Made by a program: the position numbers and the translations under genes
Shown here: piece after piece, positions 21,624-31,965 of the stretch
How the letters are laid out: each line of letters opens with the position of its first letter
How positions within the stretch are numbered: position 1 is the stretch's first letter
Source of the DNA: Prevotella phage Lak-A1
Strand: one strand, 5' to 3'
Sequence record: MK250016.1
DNA length: 32,000 nt
Notes under the pieces: generated by a model
What the model was told of the DNA's origin: nothing
The model's database searches: none
What the model saw: the letters and a program-made list of their open reading frames with translations, nothing else

Positions 21624-22028
21624 TTAATCAACTGGTTCCCAAAGGATACTTTGTTTATTTTGATCTTCAATAATTTCCATAAGAGGTCTTGCATGTTTGA
21701 AGTCAAGATTTGCAATAAATGAAACAATCTTATCCATTTCTTCAATAGGCATTCTATCGTACTTCTGTTCAATATATTTAACCAAATCAATAAGCTTAAT
21801 CTGATCATTATTTGAATTCTTTAAAATAGTTGCATATGGAAGTGTATCAACAGTTTCATGGAAAAGTTGCATGAACTTATTTGTACATTTGATAAGTTTT
21901 TCATATGACTTTGTTTCAGGTTCTGGCATATCTGAATCATCATCCATTACAATCATTTCTGGATCAATAGTATTATCTAATTTTGAAGGCTTTACTTCTT
22001 CTGCTTCAATGATTTTATCTTTACTCAT
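21624..22028 (-). CDS. hypothetical protein (134 aa)
   Basis: Complete ORF, TAA stop. Confidence 0.8.
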   Translation of the reverse strand: MSKDKIIEAEEVKPSKLDNTIDPEMIVMDDDSDMPEPETKSYEKLIKCTNKFMQLFHETVDTLPYATILKNSNNDQIKLIDLVKYIEQKYDRMPIEEMDKIVSFIANLDFKHARPLMEIIEDQNKQSILWEPVD

Positions 22029-22042
22029 TTTCTTTATATTAT

Positions 22043-22537
22043 TTAGATTTTTGGTATATTAAAATTTGGGGTTGGTATATTAGGTGGTTGATAACTATTT
22101 GTTAAACCTGATGGATTACTCATTTGATTTTTTAAATCATTCATGTTATAACGACTTTGCATATTATTCATTTGTTTTTCCATACGCTGATTTTCTTCTT
22201 TATTTTGTTTTTCTTGCTCTTCCATATTTTCTTTATAAACATCTAATATATCAAGAATTTCAAAAAAAGACATTTCTTTAATATCTTGAAAACTTAAATT
22301 CATTTCCTTTGAAAGAACATAAACAATATGCATTAAATCATCGTATGGAATTTTAAATAATCTGTGAATATCTGAGAAATCCGTACATTCCCAATATAAT
22401 CCCCATATATCTGTATTCTTTAAAAATTTATAATTCCAAGAATTAAAAATCGAATTCCTCGTCCAAATTGAGGTTGAATATCGCTTTGATTCCGCCTTGA
22501 AAGTTAAGCGGTGTTTCTGCCTCCGCGCCGCTTTCAT
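22043..22537 (-). CDS. hypothetical coiled-coil/Gln-rich protein, possibly tail-assembly related; start uncertain
   Basis: Frame overlaps 95 nt of the preceding gene; body from WNYKFLKNTDIWGLYWECTDFSDIHRLFKIPYDD looks genuine. Confidence 0.6.
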   Translation of the reverse strand: MKAARRQKHRLTFKAESKRYSTSIWTRNSIFNSWNYKFLKNTDIWGLYWECTDFSDIHRLFKIPYDDLMHIVYVLSKEMNLSFQDIKEMSFFEILDILDVYKENMEEQEKQNKEENQRMEKQMNNMQSRYNMNDLKNQMSNPSGLTNSYQPPNIPTPNFNIPKI

Positions 22538-23492
22538 CAGTATACATTAATTTTGGAGTAATAGCTTCCTGAAGAATACTCTTAACTTTTGAAACAAGTG
22601 ACCATTCATAAGGTCCCCAATTCATAGTATCACGAAGAATAGATGCATAACTTGAATCATTCAACTTTCTATAATCAGGAATAAGCATAGGTGCAATTGT
22701 AATAAAATCCTGGTCAAACTGCTCCTGACGCTGTTGCTTCTTTCTCATATAATCTTTCAACCACTGAGTAACACCAACGCATGGCATGTAAATATCAATA
22801 GAACCAACTTGTGGATTTTTAACAGGGAATGTAAAACAACGCTTTTCTGGATTATAATATCTCATCATCTTATCACTAATATCGATGAATGTAATATCAT
22901 CCTTATGAACTGCAATATCTTTATTCTCTGAAATCTTAATCTTCAATTCATTATTTCCTTCTGTAAAAGTAAAATCACGAATTGCAAGAATAATATAAAA
23001 TCTGTCAATTTCTTTAAGGTCTTTCCATGTTGCCTGCCCAGTTGGAAATGAAATCTTCATACAACGTTCAATGATATAACTTAATGCATCATCAATTGCA
23101 CTTACATCTGTTTCATCTGTCATAGACCAGTGTCTAATATCACCACCTGATGCTGCACGTACAAAAATTCGTGTTCCTTCTGGATAGAAAATACCACCCG
23201 TTGGAAGAGACTCTAATGGTAATTCAAGAAATCCCATACCGCTGTCATGAATTTCTTTCTTCAATTCATCCTGACGTATTGCATGTGCTTCTCTCATACT
23301 TGGACGCGCTTTTGCATCTGCAACTTGCTCTGCAAAATGTTCCTGAGCTGTTTGTACATTTTCTACACTTGGTGCTTTCTTTGTGTTTGCTTTTGTCTTT
23401 CCTTGTTCAATCTCTGCAAGATGTGCAGCGCCTTCTGCAGTCTATGCATACTGTGCAAGAACATCTTCTACTGTATGTTTCTAATCTGACAT
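22443..23492 (-). CDS. T4 baseplate hub assembly (gp26-like) protein, TAG at codons 4 and 17
   Basis: MSD*KHTVEDVLAQYA*TAEGAAHLAEIEQGK...LELPLESLPTGGIFYPEGTRIFVRAASGGDIRHWSMTDETDVSAIDDALSYIIERC...IDRFYIILAIRDFTF. Confidence 0.6.
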
Positions 23493-23557
23493 AATTTCGA
23501 AATTATTGTTTGTTTTATTTTATACTAAATTATTTAACTTTTGTTTACTTTATTTTA

Positions 23558-25759
23558 TTAAGACTAGTATTCTACTTTTCCTTCATATAGAGTTGATTGA
23601 TTTGAATCATTATTATCACTATCTGTTACTATTGCAAAATATCTATCTGTTGATGATACATTCATAATTCTCCTAACATTTTCTTCTGATATATAAAATA
23701 CTATCTAACCTATTCCTAAATTAAGTGCATTACTATCTGCATTCGGTTTAATTTTTACTTTATTACCATCATTAGATGGAAATACTAGATAGTATCTATA
23801 TGGACCTGTTAAATCATATGGAATTCGTATATTATCTTCATTTAAATTATATAATCTGAATACATAATTTGTAGACGAATGTTTTAATTTTAATGTCATC
23901 TAACCTTGTGTATAGATATTACTATCATTCATATCTTTAATGGTGATATTTGTGGCATCATAGTAACTTCTTATAATCTTTGGTTGTGATTCTTTATATG
24001 TTACCGTTTGTTTAACATCTTCTTTCTTTATTTGATTAACAACTTTATATGTTACAATACTATTTATAACTGATTTTCTTGAAGAATACCTTATAACTGA
24101 TTGTTGAGGAATAGTCATTGTTGCAGTTCTAATAGCTTCAACACTTGTTAATCTGTTTATTAATCTACATGTATATGAAATACAAATAGATTTACAATAC
24201 ATATTATTTCTTATTTGTGGTTTAGGTGTATATTTACATTTCCAAAATGAACCTTCTATATCTTTATTATGTTTTGAATAATCGATTATATTAGTAAAAC
24301 TTTCAATTGACTCTATTGCATCAGTTTCACCATCACTTTCTAATAATCTTGTATTTGGAACATAATTATATGTAACTGCAACTTCATTATAAATAATCCA
24401 TTTTGCTGCATCATTACCATATGTCTATACAAATGAATCAATATCTGTATTAGATAAATTATCATAAAATGCTTCAGAAACCAATGGAATCTCATTATTT
24501 TCTATTCTTCTCATAATGTCATCTGAAAGTTCAACTACATTATTTCCTTCACCATATACTGGATAATATACAATTTCTTTATTATCTGTATCTTCATATA
24601 TTCTTACATTAAAGTAATCAGAATTCGACTTATATTTTATAGCAATCTAATTTATTGGATCTTGATGGAATGTACTTGCATATATATTAGGATCTGTTGA
24701 TGTAAGATTACCTTCTGAAACTGTCGCAAAATTTACAATTAATGTTGGATCACTCAATATCTAATATTCTAATTTACGTTGTGTATTATCATTTGGTATT
24801 TTTCCATAATATTGAATATTAGTTTTCTGTACATCATTTTTATATGTAACAGTATTTTCTGTTCTGATTAATTCACCATGTCCATATTTACTTTCTACTG
24901 ATAAATTTAAATCACCATTTAATGACATATAATATGCAGATGGTACTAAAAATTCTATATATCTATCATAAAAACAACCATTCTGATATATTGGAGATTT
25001 ATGCCATTTAACAACATTATGAAGAATCAAACATTCTTTAGGAAAAAATATATCAAGAAGATAAAAATCTGTATAATCAAATGATAATTTTTCAACCTCA
25101 GTTTGTTTTGCATTGTTCTAATATGCAGACTATACTGCAGTTGGATTATCATTTGTAGTTGCAACATTATTATCATCTATCAATATATATTCTGTTTCGA
25201 ATATAGGATTATGATATTCATCATACATTTTATATGTATTACTATTAGGATACATTTTCTAAGAAGGTGTTAAATATCTTGCATTCGTTTTTACTTGTAA
25301 TGTTATACCAGCTAATCTATCTAATGTAAAACCATATATAAAATGTAATCTGATTTTATCATAATGCATTTTACCACCTTTATGTTCTGTAAATGTATCA
25401 ACATTATCTTTAATATTCAATAAAGATTCGTTACTATATACTTTACTACCATGTTTATCTATTACATGTTTATCTAATATTGAACTATCAACATTTAATG
25501 TATTTTGTTTTGTTAATCCAACAAATGTATATTCTGACATTGATTCATCTGGAAACTTAATAAAATACTAAGCATTAGAATATCTGTCATTATCTATATC
25601 CTATGGTTTTTCTGTATAATATACATTACCATCTTTACCTATATATACTGTATAATCTGTTGTTTTTTCATCAGGCGTATCATTTGCATCATACTAATTA
25701 GCTACATATTCTAACATTATCTGATTAGTCACCTAATAAAACTTTGATAATTCTGCCAT
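23558..25759 (-). CDS. recoded 733-aa probable virion structural protein, 13 in-frame TAG
   Basis: Track ORFs 25259, 24761, 23900 and 23705 all fall in one frame (same residue mod 3) broken only by TAG; starts MAELSKFY*VTNQIMLEYVAN*YDANDTPDEK, ends YEGKVEY*S TAA. Confidence 0.85.
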
Positions 25760-25818
25760 CTTTCTTTATTACTTATTAATTGTAAATTATTTATTAATGA
25801 TATTTCACAATATCAATT

Positions 25819-26580
25819 TTAGAATTGAATTATTCCATATGAAATACCGATACCTACATATGGTGTTAACTTTAAATCTTTACTTAAACCATATCCTATT
25901 GTAGGACCTATAGACCATTTTTTCTGTTTATAATATTTCTTCAAATATTTAGATTTTGACGGATCAAACATAACACCATCCATATTACTGATAGAAATAT
26001 ATGGATTATCTGTTCTACCTATTAATCTAATTCCAGATTTATCTTCAATAATATCTAATGTTAAATTTGTATTCATAGTAAATTGATCTATATGTGTAGA
26101 AAATAATGAAAAGTCTTTTCTGACATCTGTTCCACCAGTAACTGCATAATATCCTTTTGGTTCATCAATATGCCATTTTAAATTATATATAGAATCACCA
26201 TGTATAATTGTATCAGACTATGCATATACAGTATCAATTTTTGTATGCATCTTTGTCTATGTAATTACCAAAGGATTATCTTTTAATGATTTTAATTCCT
26301 ATGCTAATTCACAATTCTGATTTTGTAAATCTTTTATATTCTGTACATAGATTTTTTTTGATACATATAAATTCTTTAATTTATTTTTGTAAATTTCCAA
26401 TGAATCATTATCATATATTACCAATGGTGGTTCAATTGATTTTGATTCATAATGTCTATACTTCATATAACATACACATGAAATCATTACAAATAAGATA
26501 ATAACATAATCTTTAAATGTTAATTTTCTATATAACCATATAAAAATATTTTTTATGGTATCTAATATCTTGGTTATCAT
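25819..26580 (-). CDS. membrane-anchored spanin/DUF6808-like protein, 3 TAG
   Basis: N-terminal TM (DYVIILFVMISCVCYM), coiled middle, C-terminal SIGPTIGYGLSKDLKLTPYVGIGISYGIIQF; the two track ORFs join through TAG at 26299. Confidence 0.65.
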
Positions 26581-26622
26581 AATATTATAAATTATTTTTT
26601 AAATTCATTAAAAATATTTCTC

Positions 26623-26722
26623 AAAAATGTAGACTTTTTCACAAAAGCCCAGTATAATAAATATCTTAGATGTTTAGGTTGAGATAGATATTATATATAA
26701 TATGTAAAAAATTTAATTTTTA
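26623..26722. repeat. ~100-bp imperfect direct repeat, copy A
   Basis: aaaaatgtagacttttt...agtataataaatat...ggttgagatagatattatatataatatgtaaaaaat; offset 266 bp, ungapped. Confidence 0.8.
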
Positions 26723-26888
26723 AGAAATAATTTTAAATATTTATTTTTGTTAAATATTATATATAATTTTTAATTAATATTCTTTTTAATTATTAATATT
26801 ATTTAGAATTTGTATAAATTAATATATAAATAATATTGATTATCAAATAGTTATAAATTATTTTTAGTGTTTATTAAAAATAATTTGT

Positions 26889-26988
26889 AAAAATGTAGAC
26901 TTTTTTGAGAATACTTAGTATAATAAATATGTTAGTATTTAAGGTTGAGATAGATATTATATATAATATGTAAAAAATTAATTTTTAA
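26889..26988. repeat. ~100-bp imperfect direct repeat, copy B
   Basis: Same as copy A; 36-nt block ggttgagatagatattatatataatatgtaaaaaat is identical. Confidence 0.8.
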
Positions 26989-27136
26989 TTATAATTAAAT
27001 ATTGATTAAAATTTATTTTTTTTTTTTTCTTTGGTTCTTTCTTTTTTTGAAGGTAGATCCTTTCAGAGAATAAATATTATTAAGAAGTGAAGATTTATTT
27101 CAGAATTTTAGAAATAATGAAAATATTATATAATAG

Positions 27137-27173
27137 AAAAAGAGATATGTCATTCAAAAACATATCTCTTTTT
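27137..27173. terminator. stem-loop terminator
   Basis: aaaaagagatatg...catatctcttttt. Confidence 0.8.
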
Positions 27174-27179
27174 TCATAC

Positions 27180-28409
27180 TTATTTCATTTCTTCTTTAAT
27201 CTGCATCATTCGGAGATTAAATAAAATTTCATTAAGTTTAGTTTCATCAACAAAATCAGGAATAGTTGAATGTTTCATAATTTCATACATTTCTTCTTTT
27301 TCTTTATCTGCTAATTTAATTAATTCATCATATTCATATTTATGGTTTCTAATATTCATTAGAAAATCATGATCTTCTGTTCTATAAAGATTCATTCCTT
27401 TTCCTGAAGCAATTTCCTTTGCCATATGAATAAGACGAAAACTATGCATCATATTTTTTGCATCATAGTTTTTATTCAAATTTGATTCATAACGAACTGG
27501 ATTTCTATTTTGTTCCCATTCTTTATATTCTTTATATCTTCTACAATGATCCTGAAATCCATCTACATTATATGATATATAACAAAAAGGCATATCATTT
27601 TTATCATCGATAGAAGATAAACGAAGTTGTGTTGTATTTGAAACAATTTCAGTTGTTAATCCTCTATAATGAATAATAGGTTCATCATCAATATTTGGAA
27701 ATCTATAAATTCTATCAGGATTGAGTTTCTTTCTTGTATTAATTAAAAGTTCTCGATCTTCTGGATGTTCATTTAAATGTCTTCCATAATCATAATAACA
27801 ACCGTAAATATATTGCATATGACCTATATTACATAAACCGCAATATTCTGTATGCAAACCATAATCATTTAAAAATGTTAAAATATTAATTGAACCCTGA
27901 CGTCTAAAAGTATATGTAAAATCAAGCGGTGTTTTTCTTTCTTTAATAGGATTTACAATTTTCTTATTAAGACCGCGTGCTTTATAGATTTGAGATTCTG
28001 CATACTTATAGAATGATATAAAACATTGTTTAGTCAAAAACATATCTCTATGTTCTCTAAGATATTTCATAATAGGATGAACTTCACCTATAATAAAATT
28101 ATCATCTACAAATAACGCTTCTAAAATATTAGGATTTGCCTTTACAAGTAATGATATAAATTTATTAAGTTCATACCATTTATTATCATTTTTTGAATCT
28201 GCGATTTCTTCTTTGTATGTATTATAACCAAGAAGTTCTTTAATTGAACAAATATAAATTCCACCTGAATCTTTATCACTTTCTGGAGTATCTAGCCCAT
28301 ATGAAACCGAACCCCTGATATATTCAATAAGGAGTCTTCCATCTTTTCTGATTTTATCAAATTCAGGAATTCCAACTGTTTCTGTTTTAAAATTCTTATA
28401 TGATTTCAT
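27180..28409 (-). CDS. RlaP/DUF-type predicted nucleotidyltransferase (pol-beta superfamily)
   Basis: EYIRGSVSYGLDTPESDKDSGGIY; 409 aa; no TAG. Confidence 0.8.
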   Translation of the reverse strand: MKSYKNFKTETVGIPEFDKIRKDGRLLIEYIRGSVSYGLDTPESDKDSGGIYICSIKELLGYNTYKEEIADSKNDNKWYELNKFISLLVKANPNILEALFVDDNFIIGEVHPIMKYLREHRDMFLTKQCFISFYKYAESQIYKARGLNKKIVNPIKERKTPLDFTYTFRRQGSINILTFLNDYGLHTEYCGLCNIGHMQYIYGCYYDYGRHLNEHPEDRELLINTRKKLNPDRIYRFPNIDDEPIIHYRGLTTEIVSNTTQLRLSSIDDKNDMPFCYISYNVDGFQDHCRRYKEYKEWEQNRNPVRYESNLNKNYDAKNMMHSFRLIHMAKEIASGKGMNLYRTEDHDFLMNIRNHKYEYDELIKLADKEKEEMYEIMKHSTIPDFVDETKLNEILFNLRMMQIKEEMK

Positions 28410-28420
28410 ATTTTATAATT

Positions 28421-29047
28421 TTATTTCTTTTCTCTATCTCTGACTGCTTTAAATAATGCTGTTGCCCATGTTTCAAGATCTGATGGAACAACTGGAATAA
28501 TATCTCTTGTTAACCATTGTTCTTCTGACATTCCTTCAATATTAATAAAATTATCATGCTTCAGATTTTTAACAACATCTTCTGAATGTGTAATAACAAG
28601 AATACCATAATTATTTTTCAATATATCAGGAAATTTTTCATTCAGCATGTTACATACACCTGTTTGAACTTCACGAGACATTCCGATTTCTAATTCATCT
28701 ATAACTATGAATTTATTTTTAGCATGTGATAACATACCATTCAAAAGATTTATAGTTGAATCAGACGTTGAGCACCAAGGAAGATCATGGTTCATTTCAG
28801 AAAGTGCACTATATTCTGGTCTACTTTCTGTTCTTGTCTGCATAGAAACACTAATAACAGCTTTATTAACAGGAATATCTTTTTTATTTGAGATATAAAA
28901 AGCCAACTGCTTTCTGATAAGAGATTTTCCTAATGCATTACCACCAGTTAAAATAGTTATTTTATCTACTGGAATACTATCACATATATCAAGTATATGA
29001 TTTATATGTTTATTTAATGTTTCTTTTGATGTATCTTTATAATCCAT
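28421..29047 (-). CDS. P-loop ATPase
   Basis: Walker A ITILTGGNALGKS, Walker B KFIVIDELEIG, GILVITHSED. Confidence 0.75.
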   Translation of the reverse strand: MDYKDTSKETLNKHINHILDICDSIPVDKITILTGGNALGKSLIRKQLAFYISNKKDIPVNKAVISVSMQTRTESRPEYSALSEMNHDLPWCSTSDSTINLLNGMLSHAKNKFIVIDELEIGMSREVQTGVCNMLNEKFPDILKNNYGILVITHSEDVVKNLKHDNFINIEGMSEEQWLTRDIIPVVPSDLETWATALFKAVRDREKK

Positions 29048-29058
29048 ATAATTATTTG

Positions 29059-29256
29059 TTAATCATCATTATTATCTTTATTAAAAAATTTTCTCAATAC
29101 ATTGAAATAACAGTTAGTATCGATAAAATCTAATGCATCTTCATATTCTTTATCAGGCGTTGCTATTACTTCACATTCTCTACCACATTCTCTTTCAATA
29201 ATTTCTTGAATTGCTGTGGTTGGTTCTTCACCATTCATATAAATTACATACTTCAT
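29059..29256 (-). CDS. hypothetical small protein
   Basis: ORF in tight operon. Confidence 0.65.
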   Translation of the reverse strand: MKYVIYMNGEEPTTAIQEIIERECGRECEVIATPDKEYEDALDFIDTNCYFNVLRKFFNKDNNDD

Positions 29257-29274
29257 ATTTGTGATTATTTAGTT

Positions 29275-29874
29275 TTATTGAACATAAAGCAGAGTAATTC
29301 CATCACTATGAATGTCTATAGATTTGAATGTCTTTCTAAATTCATTCATATCAAAACCGGTTGTTAATAGATGACAACCATTTTTTGTAGGAACACTCAT
29401 ACGTACTTTTCTAAGTACATATGTTGGCTGAAGATTATTAATTGTAGAAACTACATCATTATAATCATCTGAACCAATATCAATACCATCAAGATCTACA
29501 AGATATAGTTTATCATTACCATCTTGCTTTCCACATACGCCACATGCTGAATTAAGAGATTTTGACATATGTTTCCAATTACCCTTTCTGATTTCCTGTG
29601 TAATAAGAGAAATCTGTTCAAGCATAACAGATTGTGCATCAAGACAATTCATCTTAATATATGCACGTGCATTATGCATATTACACAATTCAATAATACG
29701 TTTTTCGAGTTTCTCATATTGTTCAATACTGAAAACATAAAAGCTTTCAATAGGAATTGAATATGCTTTCATTTCCGGGTTTTCCTTCTTTCTCTTCAAA
29801 ATCTGAATGAAATAAAATGAGCGTTCATTTTGAAACTCAAGATGATTCTTAATAAGTTCGAAATTGTTTACCAT
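29275..29874 (-). CDS. hypothetical protein, faint primase-polymerase-like motifs
   Basis: LYLVDLDGIDIG and VPTKNGCHLLTTGFD resemble AEP motif spacing; weak. Confidence 0.6.
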   Translation of the reverse strand: MVNNFELIKNHLEFQNERSFYFIQILKRKKENPEMKAYSIPIESFYVFSIEQYEKLEKRIIELCNMHNARAYIKMNCLDAQSVMLEQISLITQEIRKGNWKHMSKSLNSACGVCGKQDGNDKLYLVDLDGIDIGSDDYNDVVSTINNLQPTYVLRKVRMSVPTKNGCHLLTTGFDMNEFRKTFKSIDIHSDGITLLYVQ

Positions 29875-29875
29875 A

Positions 29876-30166
29876 TTATTTTTTATATTTAGAAAGTTCT
29901 TCTTTTAATCTGTTAATCTCATTTACCATATTATAGTATTCCTTATATGGTATAATTTTAAGTTTACCTTGATTTGACTTTGTTGTAAATTTCTCTGTTT
30001 CAAGTCTGAAATGACTATTCACACGTTCTGCTTCTGCTGATGCATCTCTCTCATTTTCATTTAAAAATAAGCGGACTTTTTTTACATCTGCAACAGCTGT
30101 ACTTTGATAATCGGTATCCCAATCATTATGAATGTAAGTATCGATTGCTACATATCCATATACCAT
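29876..30166 (-). CDS. hypothetical protein
   Basis: ORF, TAA stop. Confidence 0.65.
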   Translation of the reverse strand: MVYGYVAIDTYIHNDWDTDYQSTAVADVKKVRLFLNENERDASAEAERVNSHFRLETEKFTTKSNQGKLKIIPYKEYYNMVNEINRLKEELSKYKK

Positions 30167-30349
30167 ATTATTTCTTATTTAATTATTATTGTTATTAACT
30201 AATACAAAGATACATATTTTCCATGAAATAAAAAAAATAATATATATAAAAAATAAATATTTCTCCTGTATCGCATTATTTTTAACTTACCTTAATACTT
30301 TACTATATAAGATATTTGGATGCGATACAGAAGAAATATGATATGAAAT

Positions 30350-30661
30350 TTAAGATTCTATGTCATCATCGTCATCATCTACTTTAGATGTATCAACTAA
30401 TTTGACATTATCAGTATTCATAATTGCAATAGTGTGAGGTTCTCTAAAATTACGACCTTTATAATTTGAATCATATTCACAAATAACAGGTTCTGTATTT
30501 TTATCTCGTGTGAATCTATTAGGCATAAAACATGGATCAATTCGTACTTTACCTGATGGCATAAATCCAACTACAACTCCTACACGAGCCTCTGCATAAC
30601 CTGGGTCACCATATGCCACAAAATCTCCAATTTTAATTTCTCTATCTAAAATATCCTTCAT
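30350..30661 (-). CDS. hypothetical small protein with acidic C-terminus
   Basis: MKDILDREIKIGDFVAYGDPGYAEARVGVVVGF... Confidence 0.75.
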   Translation of the reverse strand: MKDILDREIKIGDFVAYGDPGYAEARVGVVVGFMPSGKVRIDPCFMPNRFTRDKNTEPVICEYDSNYKGRNFREPHTIAIMNTDNVKLVDTSKVDDDDDDIES

Positions 30662-30789
30662 ATAAAAATAATTTAAAAAATATTAAAAAATACAAACAAA
30701 CACTGTGCTTTTCCCATATAATTAATGTTTGTTTGTATTAAATGTTTCTAATCTAAAAATATAATATTAAATTTAAGGTAATAAGGTAT

Positions 30790-31152
30790 TTATGAAATTT
30801 CATATTTATATTCTACCGTAAACTCAGATGATTCATAATCATTATCTAGTTTATCCCAACAATAAGGATTATCTGCAAAATCATCTGCTAAATGATGTTT
30901 ACAATATGAATCTTTTAATGTTTCATTTGGAAGAATAATATTAATTCTTACATCATTTTCATCATCTGTATGTTGTACATACAAATATGAACCAGTTTCT
31001 TTATGCATATAAAGAAGATTATTATACCATGATATATTATCACAATATACAAGTTCCTTTCGATTAATGATAATATTTGTACCTGCAGGATAATCATTAC
31101 CATTAATTAATGCTCTAAGTAACTTAGCTAATGTTATAGTATTCATAATCAA
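30790..31152 (-). CDS. hypothetical protein
   Basis: Complete ORF. Confidence 0.7.
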   Translation of the reverse strand: MIMNTITLAKLLRALINGNDYPAGTNIIINRKELVYCDNISWYNNLLYMHKETGSYLYVQHTDDENDVRINIILPNETLKDSYCKHHLADDFADNPYCWDKLDNDYESSEFTVEYKYEIS

Positions 31153-31160
31153 TTATTATT

Positions 31161-31379
31161 TTAACAATATTCAGATGCTTCATGTTCAGCATTATCATAA
31201 CCATCATTATATGCTAAACCATAAATTTCAGAAACAATATTTGCTATTTTATCAATATCTGTTTCTTTAATTTTTAATTTAGATAACAATGGTAACATCT
31301 CTTTATGAAACTTATCAGATGCTTCACATTTACCAAAGAAGTCACCAGAACCGATATAATATGTTTTATTTTTATTCAT
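31161..31379 (-). CDS. hypothetical small protein
   Basis: Complete ORF. Confidence 0.65.
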   Translation of the reverse strand: MNKNKTYYIGSGDFFGKCEASDKFHKEMLPLLSKLKIKETDIDKIANIVSEIYGLAYNDGYDNAEHEASEYC

Positions 31380-31441
31380 AATTTATTTTATCTTTATTAA
31401 TTTATATAACAAAGATACACATATTTTATGAAATAAAAAAA

Positions 31442-31654
31442 TTAAATGATAGAATCATCTTCATCTTGTTCAACTTTATATGTATATCTTGGGTCAAAAG
31501 GTTCTGCATAATTAAGATCTACACACATTGCATATATCATAATAAATGGAAATGGAATAATTAAACCGAGATAAAATAATATCTGTTGTAAACGGTAAAT
31601 CAATACATCATTCCATTTGTACTTTTGTTTGTTCTTTGTTTTTATTAGTCTCAT
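31442..31654 (-). CDS. small membrane protein
   Basis: One hydrophobic segment (ILFYLGLIIPFPFIMIYAMCV). Confidence 0.6.
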   Translation of the reverse strand: MRLIKTKNKQKYKWNDVLIYRLQQILFYLGLIIPFPFIMIYAMCVDLNYAEPFDPRYTYKVEQDEDDSII

Positions 31655-31958
31655 TTTCTTCTTTCATCTTTTTCATTGCTACAAATATCTCACATAATGA
31701 TGCAAGTTGATTTTCATGATCATGTTCAAATGATATAAATTCTCGGCATTCTTTTTCTTTAATATCAGGAAACATATAAGAAGGTATTTCACCACCTAAT
31801 TGTCTGGAAAGTTCCCATTTCCCTGTTGAATTATTAAATATAGGAGTATCATAAAATACATGAAGTTTCCCATATAGTTCTAATTCATCATGAAATTTAG
31901 GATGTTCACCTCGTTCATCACGTGCTAAATAAATTGATAGAACTTTATTTTTACTCAT
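31608..31958 (-). CDS. hypothetical protein
   Basis: Complete ORF; overlaps next gene by 47 nt. Confidence 0.65.
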   Translation of the reverse strand: MSKNKVLSIYLARDERGEHPKFHDELELYGKLHVFYDTPIFNNSTGKWELSRQLGGEIPSYMFPDIKEKECREFISFEHDHENQLASLCEIFVAMKKMKEENETNKNKEQTKVQME

Positions 31959-31965
31959 AATTGTA

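Noticed and set aside
22734-23494. Plus-strand ORFs 22734, 23150 and 23247
   Set aside because: Antisense to the gp26-like gene, whose frame extends to 23492 once TAG is read as sense.
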